Part shown: piece after piece, positions 37,834 to 47,790 of the stretch
How positions within the stretch are numbered: the first letter of the stretch is position 1
Layout of the letters: the number at the start of each line of letters is the position of its first letter
Origin: an uncultured Candidatus Micrarchaeota archaeon
GTDB taxonomy: Archaea > Micrarchaeota > Micrarchaeia > Anstonellales > Bilamarchaeaceae
Length of the DNA stretch: 64,000 nucleotides
Assembly: GCA_963714085.1 (NCBI GenBank)
Contig: OY970229.1
Location: 480,001 to 544,000, forward strand
Reading direction: 5' to 3'
Notes under the pieces: generated by a model
What the model was told of the DNA's origin: nothing
What the model saw: the letters and a program-made list of their open reading frames with translations, nothing else
Databases searched by the model: none
Position numbers and translations under genes: made by a program

Positions 37834-38576
37834 GTGTTCGACATCTCCGAAAACATCGTACCTAAGCACATCGCCATCATCCCGGACGGAAAGAAGGCCT
37901 TTCGGTTTTTTTAAGAAAGGCTGGAACCGCAAACCGGAGATGGGCGCAGAAGAGGGGCATAAGCAAGAGAGAGGGCTACGCCACGGGAATCCAGAAAATA
38001 GGCGACGTCCTCAAATGGTGCAAGGAGATGGACGTCCGCATGCTCACCATGTGGGGTTTCTCCACCGACAACTTCAAACGCGACAAAGACGAGGTGGACG
38101 AGCTCTTCGGGCTCTTCAAGGAGAACCTGAAGAAGGCGCTGGATTCCGACGAGAAGAACAGATACGAGGTGCGCGTGCGGTTCCTGGGCAGGATAAACCT
38201 GTTCCCGAACGAGATCCAGGAGATGATAAGGAAGGCGGAGGAGATAAGCGCCAAGAACTCCGCCTACCAGCTGAACCTCCTGCTATCCTACGGCGGCAGG
38301 GAGGAGCTGGTGGACGCAGTGAACTCGATGCTCAAGGAGGGGCTCAAAGAGGTGGACGAGAAGGCGATATCGGACCATCTCTACACCGCGGGACTGCCTG
38401 ACCCGGACATCGTGATACGGACATCCGGCGAGCAGAGGCTCTCGGGCCTCATGCCCTGGCAGTGCACGTATTCGGAGTTCTACTTCTGCGACAAATTATG
38501 GCCGGATTTCTCGAAAGATGATTTCATCGACGCGCTCGACACGTTCGCGAAGAGGAAAAGGAGATTCGGGAAATAG
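37834..38576 (+). CDS. uppS: Cis-prenyltransferase (UppS), split by a 41-nt intron; exons 37834-37891 and 37933-38576
   Basis: PKHIAIIPDG|NRRWAQ restored on removing the insert (702 nt = 233 aa + stop); FSTDNFKR, SYGGREE, DPDIVIRTSGEQRLSG, LWPDF, RRFGK. Confidence 0.88.
37892..37932 (+). other. Putative archaeal bulge-helix-bulge/loop intron in mRNA
   Basis: Exon helix CCGG/CCGG, two AAA bulges flanking the ACGG/CCGC central helix, internal hairpin GCCTTTC..GAAAGGC; carries an in-frame TAA and a frameshift. Confidence 0.75.
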
Positions 38577-38585
38577 CATGCGGAT

Positions 38586-38996
38586 TTATAAGTAGGCTCT
38601 TGCCGGAATCCTCGCCTGCGGCGAGTCCCAGTGGCGCAATCTTGTCTTCAGGGAGCTCTTGTATGAGAACGCTCTGTGAACGATATAAGCCCGCTTCTCC
38701 GAACAATGCGTTATGTGCTTTTGAGAAAGTTGGCACAGGACCAAGCCGACATCCCTACGTACTGCTTTAGAAAGATTGTTCTCGCTCCTGGATGCATCCG
38801 CTTCCAGTATAGCCTCAAGCTTCTGCGCCGTCTCCGGACCGCCGTTTGCCCGCAGCCACAGCGCAGCGCGTGCCCTCGCCACGGGGACATCTGAAAGAAG
38901 GCTTCTTATCCGCCGCTGCTCCATGGAAGTACCAGCCCTATCGACCGCGAGTGGTGGTTCGAGAATTGGTCGTTCACAAATGGCCGACGTTGGCAT
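38586..38996 (-). CDS. Hypothetical protein (HEAT-like helical pair)
   Basis: LLSDVPVARARAALWL...VRRDVGLVL. Confidence 0.55.
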   Translation of the reverse strand: MPTSAICERPILEPPLAVDRAGTSMEQRRIRSLLSDVPVARARAALWLRANGGPETAQKLEAILEADASRSENNLSKAVRRDVGLVLCQLSQKHITHCSEKRAYIVHRAFSYKSSLKTRLRHWDSPQARIPARAYL

Positions 38997-39077
38997 GGGC
39001 GCACCTGTGTTAGAATCGACGTGCAGATTTATAATTGTTGCGTTTTTTCACGATTTCCCACCTTGAAAGGGGAAATA

Positions 39078-39166
39078 TGCCGCAGGCCAGATTTGAACTA
39101 GCGACCCCACCGTGTCCGAAATGGTTTTCCTTCAGCGGTGTGCTCTCCCAGCTGAGCTACTGCGGC
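39078..39166 (-). tRNA. tRNA-Phe(GAA) with 16-nt intron at 37/38 (39114-39129)
   Basis: GCCGCAG..CACCG-CT-GAA-G[GAAAACCATTTCGGAC]A-CGGTG..GTTCAAATC..CTGCGGCA; mature length 73. Confidence 0.93.
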
Positions 39167-39252
39167 GTCAGCACGGGAGTTAAAGTGGATAAGGATTTTA
39201 AACGAGTTGGTGGGTGATTGCTTGCCTGCGGGCAAGGCTCACCTTTTTGGTG

Positions 39253-39473
39253 GGTGAGGGGCATAGTCTGCCTTCTGTGGCCCGGAAACCGGGGCGGCAT
39301 TGTACTGAGCGTAGGAAAACCTACTTGCTCCGTCATCAGGAGGGAAGCGCTCGTTTCATCCCTTGCGGGTATCGTTTCTGTACCGCTTCCAAGGCCCTTG
39401 AAGCCTTCGCTCCCTCGCGGAGGGCAGAACTTCCTCACTTCCTCGCGGAAGCGTGAGCCGCCTGCCCCTCACC
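39253..39473 (-). ncRNA. rnpB: RNase P RNA (compact, ~221 nt)
   Basis: P1 GGTGAGGGGCA/TGCCCCTCACC; GAGGAAGTTCTGCC (CR I) pairs with ACAGAAGGCAGACTA (CR V); ACAGAAA and TGAAAC flank a CCC-GCAA-GGG hairpin. Confidence 0.9.
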
Positions 39474-39527
39474 TGCGTATACTAGGCACAGGCAGCAATA
39501 AAATCATTCCGTTTCCCAATCCCACCC

Positions 39528-40115
39528 ATGAGGTACGAGCTGGTCATATTCGATTTCAACGATACCATCGGGCACCTCACCGTGCGCTGGTCCGACGTCA
39601 AGAGAGAGCTGGTGGAGTGGGCGAAAGCCAACGACGGGAAGATAGACCCTGCGGACCATATAATCGTCATCGCGAACGAGCTGTCCATGCGGCCTGACGG
39701 CAAGAAGAAGGTCGTGGAGCTGTTCGACAGGTACGAAAGCGAGTGCGTGGGGAAGAAAACGTATCTCCTCTTCCCGAGCATGGTCGGGCTGATGAAAGAC
39801 CTGAAGAAAGCCGGATACCGGCTTGCGATAGCGACCGGGAACGAGGTCGGGACCGTATCAAGCATACTCGAAATAGGAGGCCTGGACGGCCTGGTCGAGT
39901 GTATATCGGGCATCGACACGGTCAGGATAAGCAAGCCCGACCCTGAAACCCTTGACAATATCGTCACGAAGCTCGGCGTCGACAAGAAACGGGCTCTTTT
40001 CATAGGCAACAGCGATTTCGACGTGCTGTGCGGGAAGAACGCGGGGATAGAGACGATAAAAATCAGGACGCTCTGGGAGGACGACGTGTCGATGCTGAGG
40101 GAGATGCTGCTCTGA
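39528..40115 (+). CDS. HAD family hydrolase (phosphoglycolate phosphatase-like)
   Basis: IFDFNDTI, IATGN, SKPDP, FIGNSDFDVLCGKNAG. Confidence 0.85.
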   Translation: MRYELVIFDFNDTIGHLTVRWSDVKRELVEWAKANDGKIDPADHIIVIANELSMRPDGKKKVVELFDRYESECVGKKTYLLFPSMVGLMKDLKKAGYRLAIATGNEVGTVSSILEIGGLDGLVECISGIDTVRISKPDPETLDNIVTKLGVDKKRALFIGNSDFDVLCGKNAGIETIKIRTLWEDDVSMLREMLL

Positions 40116-41438
40116 TCAGGCCATCTTCATGTTCCCCATCTTGCCGCCCTGGAGCATCTGCTCCACCTTCTTCCTGAATCCGCGGTTCTTCTGGAACTGG
40201 TGCATCATCTTCTCCATCTTCTCGAACTGCGAGAGGAACTCGCGCACGTCTTTTTCCGTGCATCCGGAGCCGGACGCGATGCGCGCCATGCGGGACGGGT
40301 GCGCGCGTATGAGCTTGGCGTCCTTCTTCTCGGCCGGGGTCATGGAGTTTATCATGGACTCGAACTTCTTCAGCTTCTCCTCGGACTGCTGGACCATCTC
40401 CTTGGGGACATCGGCCGCGCCGAGCATTGAGAATACGTTGCCGAGGGGCCCCATCTTCTTCGCGGCCTTGAGCTGCTCGTAGAACGTGTCTATGGTGAGC
40501 TCTTCTGTGGCCAGCTTCTCCAGGTCCTGCTCCTTGGAGATCTTCTCGACCTTCTCCATTAGGCCTTTGAGGTCCGGGACCCCGAGCAGCCTGCCCACGA
40601 ACCGCTGCGCGTCGTAGGCCTCGAAGTCGCCCATCTTCTCGCCCATGCCGATGAACGCTATCCTCGCGCCTGTCGCCGCCACCGCGCTCAGGGCGCCGCC
40701 CCCCTTACCAGAGCCGTCCATCTTAGTGACTATCACTCCTGATAATGGTACCGCGGAGTTGAACTCCTCTGCCTGCTTGCCCGCCACCTGGCCGATGTCA
40801 GCCGAGACCACCAGGTACGCCTCCTCCTGCTTCAGCTCCGATGCGATCGCTTTTAGTTCGTCTACCATCTCTGCGTCGAAGGCCGAGCGGCCGGCGGAGT
40901 CCACGATTATAACTTCATCTTTCGAGCGCGAGAGCGCATCCTTGACGATCCTGGCCGCGTTCTTCTCCCCCTTGATGGTGTAGAAATTGGCGTTCACCTG
41001 CTTCGCGAGCTGCTCGAGCTGCTCCTGGGCAGCCGGCCGGTCCACGTCCGCTGCCACCATCCCTACGGAGAGGCCCTTGGACTTGTAGTAGTTGGCTAGT
41101 TTGCCAACGGACGTCGTCTTCCCGCTTCCGTATAAGCCGCAGACCAGTATCCTGTGCCTGTCGAGCCGTGGACTGTAGCTCTCGCCCATCATCCCGGCGA
41201 GCTCCTCGTATACGACCTTCATCACGTGCTCGCGCAGCGTGAGGGCCTCGAGCTTCTGGCTCTTGAGCGCGCGCTCCTCTATCCTCTTGGAGAGCTGGAA
41301 CACCAGCTTGACGTTGACGTCCGAGCTGATGAGCACCCTCTGGAGGTCTTTTATGAGGGAGCGGACCGCGTCCTCGTCGACGTAAGGGCGGTTGGTGAGT
41401 TTCGCGAGCGCCTCGCGGAGTTTCTTTCCCAGGTCCAT
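40116..41438 (-). CDS. ffh: Signal recognition particle protein SRP54
   Basis: LISSDVNV, GLYGSGKTT, DVDRPAA, DSAGR, TKMDGSGKGGGALS, M-domain SMTPAE...RIASGSG. Confidence 0.96.
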   Translation of the reverse strand: MDLGKKLREALAKLTNRPYVDEDAVRSLIKDLQRVLISSDVNVKLVFQLSKRIEERALKSQKLEALTLREHVMKVVYEELAGMMGESYSPRLDRHRILVCGLYGSGKTTSVGKLANYYKSKGLSVGMVAADVDRPAAQEQLEQLAKQVNANFYTIKGEKNAARIVKDALSRSKDEVIIVDSAGRSAFDAEMVDELKAIASELKQEEAYLVVSADIGQVAGKQAEEFNSAVPLSGVIVTKMDGSGKGGGALSAVAATGARIAFIGMGEKMGDFEAYDAQRFVGRLLGVPDLKGLMEKVEKISKEQDLEKLATEELTIDTFYEQLKAAKKMGPLGNVFSMLGAADVPKEMVQQSEEKLKKFESMINSMTPAEKKDAKLIRAHPSRMARIASGSGCTEKDVREFLSQFEKMEKMMHQFQKNRGFRKKVEQMLQGGKMGNMKMA

Positions 41439-41497
41439 TTTTGCATCACTGGGCAATAGTTAGGATATCGCATAATTAAAACCATTCCACCAAGCCC

Positions 41498-41992
41498 CTA
41501 GCCATGGTGGATTTTGGCTTCCTGGGAAAAAGGGTTGAAACTGTCCGGCTCCTTGTAAGCGTAGAGCACTATGTGGCTCAGGGTCTTTGACACGCTGGGA
41601 TTCCCAGCGAGCTGCCGCAGTATGTCATTGAGATGCTCCCTGTCCTTCACCCTCCACATGGAAAAGACGTCCCAGACCCCGGTGGTGGCATAGAGCGCTT
41701 CCAGCTCCTTCATCTTCATGATGCTGCTCAGCTGGAGCGTGTCGCCTGGCCGGCCTTTCTTCACCTTCATCAATATGATCATGTGGAGGCCCATGCCGGC
41801 GTTCTCGTAGTTCATCGCCGCGACGTATTTCGTTATCACCCCCGTTCTCTCCAGCCGCCTCACCCTCTGGAGCAGGGTGTTGTGATGGAGGCCAATCTCC
41901 CTCGCAATCGCCTTGAGCGGTTTTCTGGCGTTCTCGCGTATGTGCGCCATTATCTTGAAGTCCGTGTCATCCAGCTTGATTTTCATGGCCAC
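41498..41992 (-). CDS. Lrp/AsnC transcriptional regulator
   Basis: LDDTDFKIM...NARKPLKAIAREIG...RVRRLERTGVI; TGVWD. Confidence 0.9.
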   Translation of the reverse strand: MAMKIKLDDTDFKIMAHIRENARKPLKAIAREIGLHHNTLLQRVRRLERTGVITKYVAAMNYENAGMGLHMIILMKVKKGRPGDTLQLSSIMKMKELEALYATTGVWDVFSMWRVKDREHLNDILRQLAGNPSVSKTLSHIVLYAYKEPDSFNPFSQEAKIHHG

Positions 41993-42249
41993 CCTCCCGA
42001 GACGATTTACACAATATCAATTGATTTTCCTGTGTTAAAGCACAGGTTTTATATAGAATATGTATGGAACTCTTTATATAATTTACTGTTTTTGCAGGCA
42101 AAAATCAGATTTCCCGCATGATAGCTGGGAGCGGGCGCGTGTAGAAGTTTTTTAAACCTTTTTCGTGAAAAGGGTCTTTAATCAAATTTTAGTATAGGCG
42201 GAAGGACTTAGAGATTCTGCTAGATTGAATGGATTTGAGAGGTGAAATA

Positions 42250-43893
42250 ATGGCAAAACAAGTAAGCGGAGACCAGGTTTATGTGCTCCCGGAAGGGTCG
42301 CAGAGGGTTATCGGCCGCGATGCGATGAGAGTCAATATCGCGATAGGATATGCGGTCGCCAACATAGTCAAGACCACGCTTGGCCCCAAGGGCATGGACA
42401 AGATGCTGGTATCGGATCTCGGCGACATCGTGATAACCAACGACGGAGCCACCATACTCGAGGAGATGAACGTCGACCACCCTGCTGCCAAGCTCATGGT
42501 GGAGGTCGCCAAGACGCAGGACAAGGAGGTCGGTGACGGCACCACGACCAGCGTCGTCATAGCGGGGAACCTGCTCTACCGAGCCGGCGAGATGCTCAAC
42601 CAGAACATCCACCCTACCGTGGTGATAAAGGGCTATGAGCTGGCCGCCAAGAAGGCCGAGGAGACGCTCAACAAGCTGGCTGAGCCGGTCACGCCCACGG
42701 ACAAGGAGATACTCAACAAGATCGCGCTCGTGGCTATGGGCTCCAAGGGCATAGGCAGCGAGGACGAGAAGAAGAAGATCGCGACGATAATATCCGATGC
42801 GGTCATGCAGGTGTCGACAACGCAGAATGGCAAGCACCAGGTGGACCTTGAGCTGATAAAGATAGAGAAGAAGGCCGGCGGCGAGGTCATGGACACCGAA
42901 CTCATCCGCGGAGTGCTGGTCGACAAGGAGATAGTCCACGCGGGAATGCCCAAGTCTGTGAAGGGCGCGAAGATTTTATTGCTCGACGCGGCGCTCGAGA
43001 TAGAGAAGACGGAAGTGGACGCTAAAATAGAGATAACCTCCCCTGACAAGATGGAGGCGTTCCTCCAGCAGGAGGAGAAGATGATGAAGGATATGGTGGA
43101 CAAGATTGCGGCCACCAATGCCAACGTCGTGTTCTGCCAGAAGGGCATAGACGACCTGGTGCAGCACTTCCTCTCCAAGAAGGGCATCGTCGCAGTCAGG
43201 AGGGTGAAGAAGAGCGACATGGAGAAGCTCTCCAGGGCTACTGGCGCTACGATGGCTTCCACCCTGGAAGACCTCAAAGAGGCGGACCTTGGAAACGCTG
43301 GCCTGGTCGAGGAGCGCAAGGTCGGCGGAGAGGCGATGGTGTTCGTCGAGAAGTGCAAGGACCCGAAAAGCGTCACGGTATTCGTGCGCGGCGGGACCGA
43401 CCACGTGGTGAGCGAGGTGGAACGCGCGGTCGTCGACGCGCGCGGGGCGGTGTCCAGCGCGCTGCAGGACGGCAAGTACGTCATAGGCGGCGGCAGCGTG
43501 GAGATGGAACTCGCGAGGGAACTCCAGACTTATGCGGTGCAGATCGGCGGCAGGGAACAGCTCGCCATCCAGGCGTTCGCAGAGGCCCTCGAATCCATAC
43601 CGCGGGCGCTCGCGGAGAACGCGGGCATGGACGTCATCGACACGATCGTCGCGCTGCGGAACAAGCACAAGGAGAGCAACGGCAAGACCATCGGCGTTGA
43701 CGTCGTCGCGGGCAAGGTCGGGGACCTCAAGGCGTTGGGCATCTACGAGCCGGCCAAGGTCAAGAAGCAGGCCATCGTGTCCGCCACAGAAACCGCCAGG
43801 CTGATACTCAGGATAGACGACATAATCAGCTCGAGGGGCAAGGGCGGCGGCATGCCCCCAGGCGGAATGCCCGGCGGAATGGACATGGAGTAG
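42250..43893 (+). CDS. ths: Thermosome (group II chaperonin) subunit
   Basis: [30 protein letters not shown] tail; SD GAGGTGA. Confidence 0.97.
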   Translation: MAKQVSGDQVYVLPEGSQRVIGRDAMRVNIAIGYAVANIVKTTLGPKGMDKMLVSDLGDIVITNDGATILEEMNVDHPAAKLMVEVAKTQDKEVGDGTTTSVVIAGNLLYRAGEMLNQNIHPTVVIKGYELAAKKAEETLNKLAEPVTPTDKEILNKIALVAMGSKGIGSEDEKKKIATIISDAVMQVSTTQNGKHQVDLELIKIEKKAGGEVMDTELIRGVLVDKEIVHAGMPKSVKGAKILLLDAALEIEKTEVDAKIEITSPDKMEAFLQQEEKMMKDMVDKIAATNANVVFCQKGIDDLVQHFLSKKGIVAVRRVKKSDMEKLSRATGATMASTLEDLKEADLGNAGLVEERKVGGEAMVFVEKCKDPKSVTVFVRGGTDHVVSEVERAVVDARGAVSSALQDGKYVIGGGSVEMELARELQTYAVQIGGREQLAIQAFAEALESIPRALAENAGMDVIDTIVALRNKHKESNGKTIGVDVVAGKVGDLKALGIYEPAKVKKQAIVSATETARLILRIDDIISSRGKGGGMPPGGMPGGMDME

Positions 43894-43906
43894 CCTTCTT
43901 TTTTTA

Positions 43907-45217
43907 TTATATCTTTTTCCTTATCAGCGACGAGAGTTCCTGTTTCCTTTTTTCAAGCTTCTCTTTGGATTTGTACTCCATGGTGAGACGCACGAACGGC
44001 TCTGTGCCTGATGCGCGTATGAGGAACCAGCCGTCGTCCTCGTCCACGCGGATGCCGTCCTCCTCCGAGCGCCGGCCTTCGATACGGATTTCTTTCTTGA
44101 CTGAATCGACTACTTCGTATTTCTTATCGCAGGGGAATCTCTCGCGCGCCATCGGATTTGCCTTGAATCCGGAGGCCAGCGCGCTTAGCGGCCCGTTCTC
44201 CACGAATATCTCGATGAGCTTGGCAGCCGCGAGCGGGCCGTCCGGTACGCGGACGCCCTTCTCGTAGATGTATTCCCCGCACGGCTCGCCCCCGAAAAGC
44301 GCGCTCTGCCGCTCCATCTCCTGTGCGACATAAAGCGAACCGACAGGGGTGATGGTTATCTTCCCACCCTGGAATTCCACGGCTTCCCGCACCGCGAGCG
44401 AGGCCTCCATGGTGGAGACTATCTTCTTGTTCCTGCTATTCTTCAGCTCGTGCCGGCACATCATGGCTAATTGTATGTCCAGGGGAAGGACGCGGCCCTT
44501 CTCATCCACCGCGATGGTGCGGTCAGCGTCGCCGTCGTGGGCGAGCCCGAGGTCGGCCCCCGCCTTCAGCACCAGCGCGGACAGATCGGACAGGTTCTTT
44601 GCATTTGGCTCCGACGGCCTGCCGAAGCCCAGTGTGTCCCCGTTGAGCACCACGACCTCGCAGCCCAAATCCTTCAATAGGTTCGGCGTCATTGCAGTGC
44701 CGGCGCCATTGCAGTCTATCACGACTTTCGGCTTTCTTTTCCTGATCGCGGCTGCGTCCACCAAAGATGCCACTAGCCGCATGTGCTCGAATATCGCTCC
44801 CTTATCCACGGAGGATTTCCCGACCTTGTCCCACTGGCAGACCTGGAAGGCATTGCCCGTGTACGCCTTCTCGACCTCCGCCTCCTCCTTGCGGGAGATC
44901 TCCCTGCCGTCCGTGAAGAGCTTGAGCCCGTTGTACTCCGGAGGGTTGTGCGATGCGGTCACCATGATGCCGTTGCAGCCGCGCTTCCGCGTCGCCAGGG
45001 CCAGTGTCGGCGTGGGGACCAGGCCGAGCGAGATCGCATCCTTCCCACGCGCCATCACTCCGGCCATCACCGCGTTGGACAGGGGCATCCCGGTCTGGCG
45101 CGTGTCCCTTGCGACCACCACGTCGCGCTCTGCGAATATATTGGCGATCCCCAGGGCGAGCTCCTCGGTGACGTCTTTGCCGTAGATGCCCCTGATGCCC
45201 GATGTCCCGAATAGCAT
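43907..45217 (-). CDS. glmM: Phosphoglucosamine mutase / phosphomannomutase family
   Basis: FGTSGIRG, TASHNPPEYNG, HDGDADR, RASGTEP. Confidence 0.9.
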   Translation of the reverse strand: MLFGTSGIRGIYGKDVTEELALGIANIFAERDVVVARDTRQTGMPLSNAVMAGVMARGKDAISLGLVPTPTLALATRKRGCNGIMVTASHNPPEYNGLKLFTDGREISRKEEAEVEKAYTGNAFQVCQWDKVGKSSVDKGAIFEHMRLVASLVDAAAIRKRKPKVVIDCNGAGTAMTPNLLKDLGCEVVVLNGDTLGFGRPSEPNAKNLSDLSALVLKAGADLGLAHDGDADRTIAVDEKGRVLPLDIQLAMMCRHELKNSRNKKIVSTMEASLAVREAVEFQGGKITITPVGSLYVAQEMERQSALFGGEPCGEYIYEKGVRVPDGPLAAAKLIEIFVENGPLSALASGFKANPMARERFPCDKKYEVVDSVKKEIRIEGRRSEEDGIRVDEDDGWFLIRASGTEPFVRLTMEYKSKEKLEKRKQELSSLIRKKI

Positions 45218-45281
45218 GAGAAGGTCTTGCCGACGAAAGCTATTTATTGGTATTCTTGTTATTTAAACCAGAGGTGGTATT

Positions 45282-46652
45282 CTGACAGCTATAGATGACG
45301 TACTGAAGTACATCGCGACGAACGAAATCAGGTGGGTAGACCTCCAGTTCTTCGACATAACGGGCATGCTCCACAAGACATCCTTATCCAACAGGAAGAT
45401 ATCAGAGGACATGTTCGGCAAGGGCACATACGCCGCGGACCTCAATGAGGTTTTCGGCAGCTCGCCCCAGGGCGACCTGGCGCTGCTGCCAGATCCGGAC
45501 ACCATGGCCAGGCTGCCATGGGAGCCCAACACCGTGAGGTTCATCTGCGACATGGTAGCCGCGAGCAGCGGCGACCGGTTCCTCAAAGACAGCAGATACG
45601 TGGCCGAGCGGGTGGAGACCAACCTGGAGGCCGCGGGCCTCAAGATATGCAAGGTCGGCACCCAGGTGGAGTGCTGCATATTCGATACCGTCACCACGGA
45701 CAGGACCGCGCCCGGAAGGGGCTCGGGGACCGTCCTGGACTCCAGGGAAGCCAAATGGGGCCCGTCCCCGCTCTCCTCCGTAGGAAAGGGCGCATGGGTG
45801 TGCCAGCCATTTGACAGCCTGTACGCTGCGAGGACGCAGATATGCGAGACCATGGAGGACAGCTTCGGCATGTCCGTGGACGCGCACATGCACGGCAGGT
45901 CGCAGACCGCCCAGCAGATGTTCGAGCTCAACGAGAAGACGCTCAAGACCTCGGCGGACGCGGTCTCCACGCTCAAGTTCGTGGTTAGGAACCTGGCCAA
46001 CGCTGTGAACGCGTCGTCCACGTTCATGCCATACCCGGTGGAAGGCGAGAAGGGCAACGCGCTCAACATCGCTGTGAGCCTATGGAAGGCGGCGGACAAC
46101 AACGCGTTCTATGAGGGCAAGGAGGACTACGCGCAGCTGAGCCAGGCCGGCTACTACTTCGTTGGCGGGCTCCTTGAGCACGCGGCCGCGCTCTCGCTGT
46201 TCGTGGCCCCGACGTCCAACTCCTACCGCAGGCTGGCTATGGATCCGCCGGTGGTGGGCTGGAGCAGCAACGCTCCCAACGCCCTTGTCAAGGTGCCCAT
46301 GGTCAAGAAGAACGTGAAGGAGAACAAGAGGGTGATGTACTGCGGCGGAGACCCGTCCGGGAACCCGCACCTCGCGATTGCCATGGTGGTGGCTGCTGGC
46401 CTCGAGGGCATAAAGAGCAAGATAGAACCCGGCGAGCCCATAGAATCCGAGAAGAAGGGCAAGAGGGTCGCTAAGCCCCTGCCCTCCACGCTCTACGAGG
46501 CCATGGAGGCCCTGGAGTCGGACAACAAGTTCATCAAGGGCGTGGTGCCCTCCGAACTGCTCGGCGACTATCTGGACATGAAGCTCGCTGAGTACAAGAG
46601 CGAAAGGAAGGCGGTCTCGGGCTACGAGCTGCAGAGATACTACAACGTATGA
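45282..46652 (+). CDS. Glutamine synthetase type I homologue, probably catalytically inactive
   Basis: RWVDLQFFDITG, DLALLPDPDT, TFMPYP, NSYRRL, DPSGNPHL, LPSTLYEA; frame extends upstream to CTG 45282 behind SD GAGGTG. Confidence 0.85.
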   Translation: MTAIDDVLKYIATNEIRWVDLQFFDITGMLHKTSLSNRKISEDMFGKGTYAADLNEVFGSSPQGDLALLPDPDTMARLPWEPNTVRFICDMVAASSGDRFLKDSRYVAERVETNLEAAGLKICKVGTQVECCIFDTVTTDRTAPGRGSGTVLDSREAKWGPSPLSSVGKGAWVCQPFDSLYAARTQICETMEDSFGMSVDAHMHGRSQTAQQMFELNEKTLKTSADAVSTLKFVVRNLANAVNASSTFMPYPVEGEKGNALNIAVSLWKAADNNAFYEGKEDYAQLSQAGYYFVGGLLEHAAALSLFVAPTSNSYRRLAMDPPVVGWSSNAPNALVKVPMVKKNVKENKRVMYCGGDPSGNPHLAIAMVVAAGLEGIKSKIEPGEPIESEKKGKRVAKPLPSTLYEAMEALESDNKFIKGVVPSELLGDYLDMKLAEYKSERKAVSGYELQRYYNV

Positions 46653-46678
46653 ATTATTTTTTTTATATTCTCATTTTT

Positions 46679-47668
46679 TCAGAGCCGGGCCGGAAGATAC
46701 ATCAGTTTCATCTCTTCTGATATGAACGCCGTTTCAATCTTCTTTACTACCCCGGGAAACCGGTTCCTGATGGCTTTGCCCAAGGCATGGAAATCCCGAT
46801 CGGACGTAGTCTCTATTTCAAGCTCTATTTCCCATGGCCCCACGGCTTCTATCAGATGGATTACGTTGGGCTGCATTTTGAAGAATTCGATGAGTCGGTC
46901 ATAATTCTCCTTCTGGATGTCCTGGAGATACACGACCATCTTGTAATACATGTAACCGAGTTTATTGAGGTCAAGGAGGATGCAATAGCCCTGGATGACC
47001 CCGCTCTTCTCCATGCCCCGGATCCGCGAAGCCACGGTCTTGGGGTCCAGTCCGGTCTTCTGCGCCAGCTCGATAAGCCCCATACGGGAGTTTTCTGCGA
47101 TCAGCTTCAGGATTGCCTTGTCTTTCTCGTCTATGGAAGCCTTTTGGTTTCCGGCGATATAGTATTCCTGCCTGTAAGCCTTAGGAAAGCTCCTTGGTTC
47201 AGCCGGATGCAGCAGGTAGCTTCGCTTCAGGATATACACATCCTTGATTATCGTGATGTCGTATTCCGAGATGAAATTGCCGAATTTTCTCAATACCTCG
47301 TCTTTCACCTTGGAAAACTCCACCACGTCTTTGGAATACACCGCGACCATCAGGTCCCAGCGCCCTTCGCATGAAGCCACCCAGATGATATCCGGATTTT
47401 TTACGAGGAACGAGAAGAACTCTTCCTGTTTCTCCTTTGTCAGGCCAGTGAGCTGGAAGAATATCTTGTAGACGAAATACCCGAGTTTTCCTAGCCCGAC
47501 CTCGGTCACGAATTTCTTTATGAGGCCGTATTTCACCAGTTGTTCGAATCGATAGGAGACGACATGGTACGGCTGGCGGATATTTCTCGCCAGGATCTTC
47601 AGCGGGGTTCTGGAATTCTGGTCCAATTGAGCGAGGATTTTCTTGTCAGTGACGTCTATTCGGTACAT
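46679..47668 (-). CDS. Tandem (duplicated) Lrp/AsnC regulator
   Basis: Two HTH+effector units: DKKILAQLDQNSR...EGRWDL and DKAILKLIAENSR...VGPWEI. Confidence 0.9.
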   Translation of the reverse strand: MYRIDVTDKKILAQLDQNSRTPLKILARNIRQPYHVVSYRFEQLVKYGLIKKFVTEVGLGKLGYFVYKIFFQLTGLTKEKQEEFFSFLVKNPDIIWVASCEGRWDLMVAVYSKDVVEFSKVKDEVLRKFGNFISEYDITIIKDVYILKRSYLLHPAEPRSFPKAYRQEYYIAGNQKASIDEKDKAILKLIAENSRMGLIELAQKTGLDPKTVASRIRGMEKSGVIQGYCILLDLNKLGYMYYKMVVYLQDIQKENYDRLIEFFKMQPNVIHLIEAVGPWEIELEIETTSDRDFHALGKAIRNRFPGVVKKIETAFISEEMKLMYLPARL

Positions 47669-47790
47669 GTTGTGATTTTAATACAAAATAATTTATAAAA
47701 TTACCTTTTTTTTAGAAATTTGATTATAAAATTATAAATAGTAGCCATGTGTTAGTAAAAGTACAAAAAAGATAAAATGAGGAGAATAAC

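Noticed and set aside
39214..39243. Hairpin between RNase P RNA and tRNA-Phe
   Set aside because: A single short stem; cannot be distinguished from a terminator or processing signal.
39157..39697. Several short ORFs over 39157-39697
   Set aside because: They overlap RNase P RNA and tRNA-Phe.
42220..46102. Long antisense ORFs over the thermosome, glmM and GS-like genes
   Set aside because: These are shadow frames caused by high GC3 codon bias.
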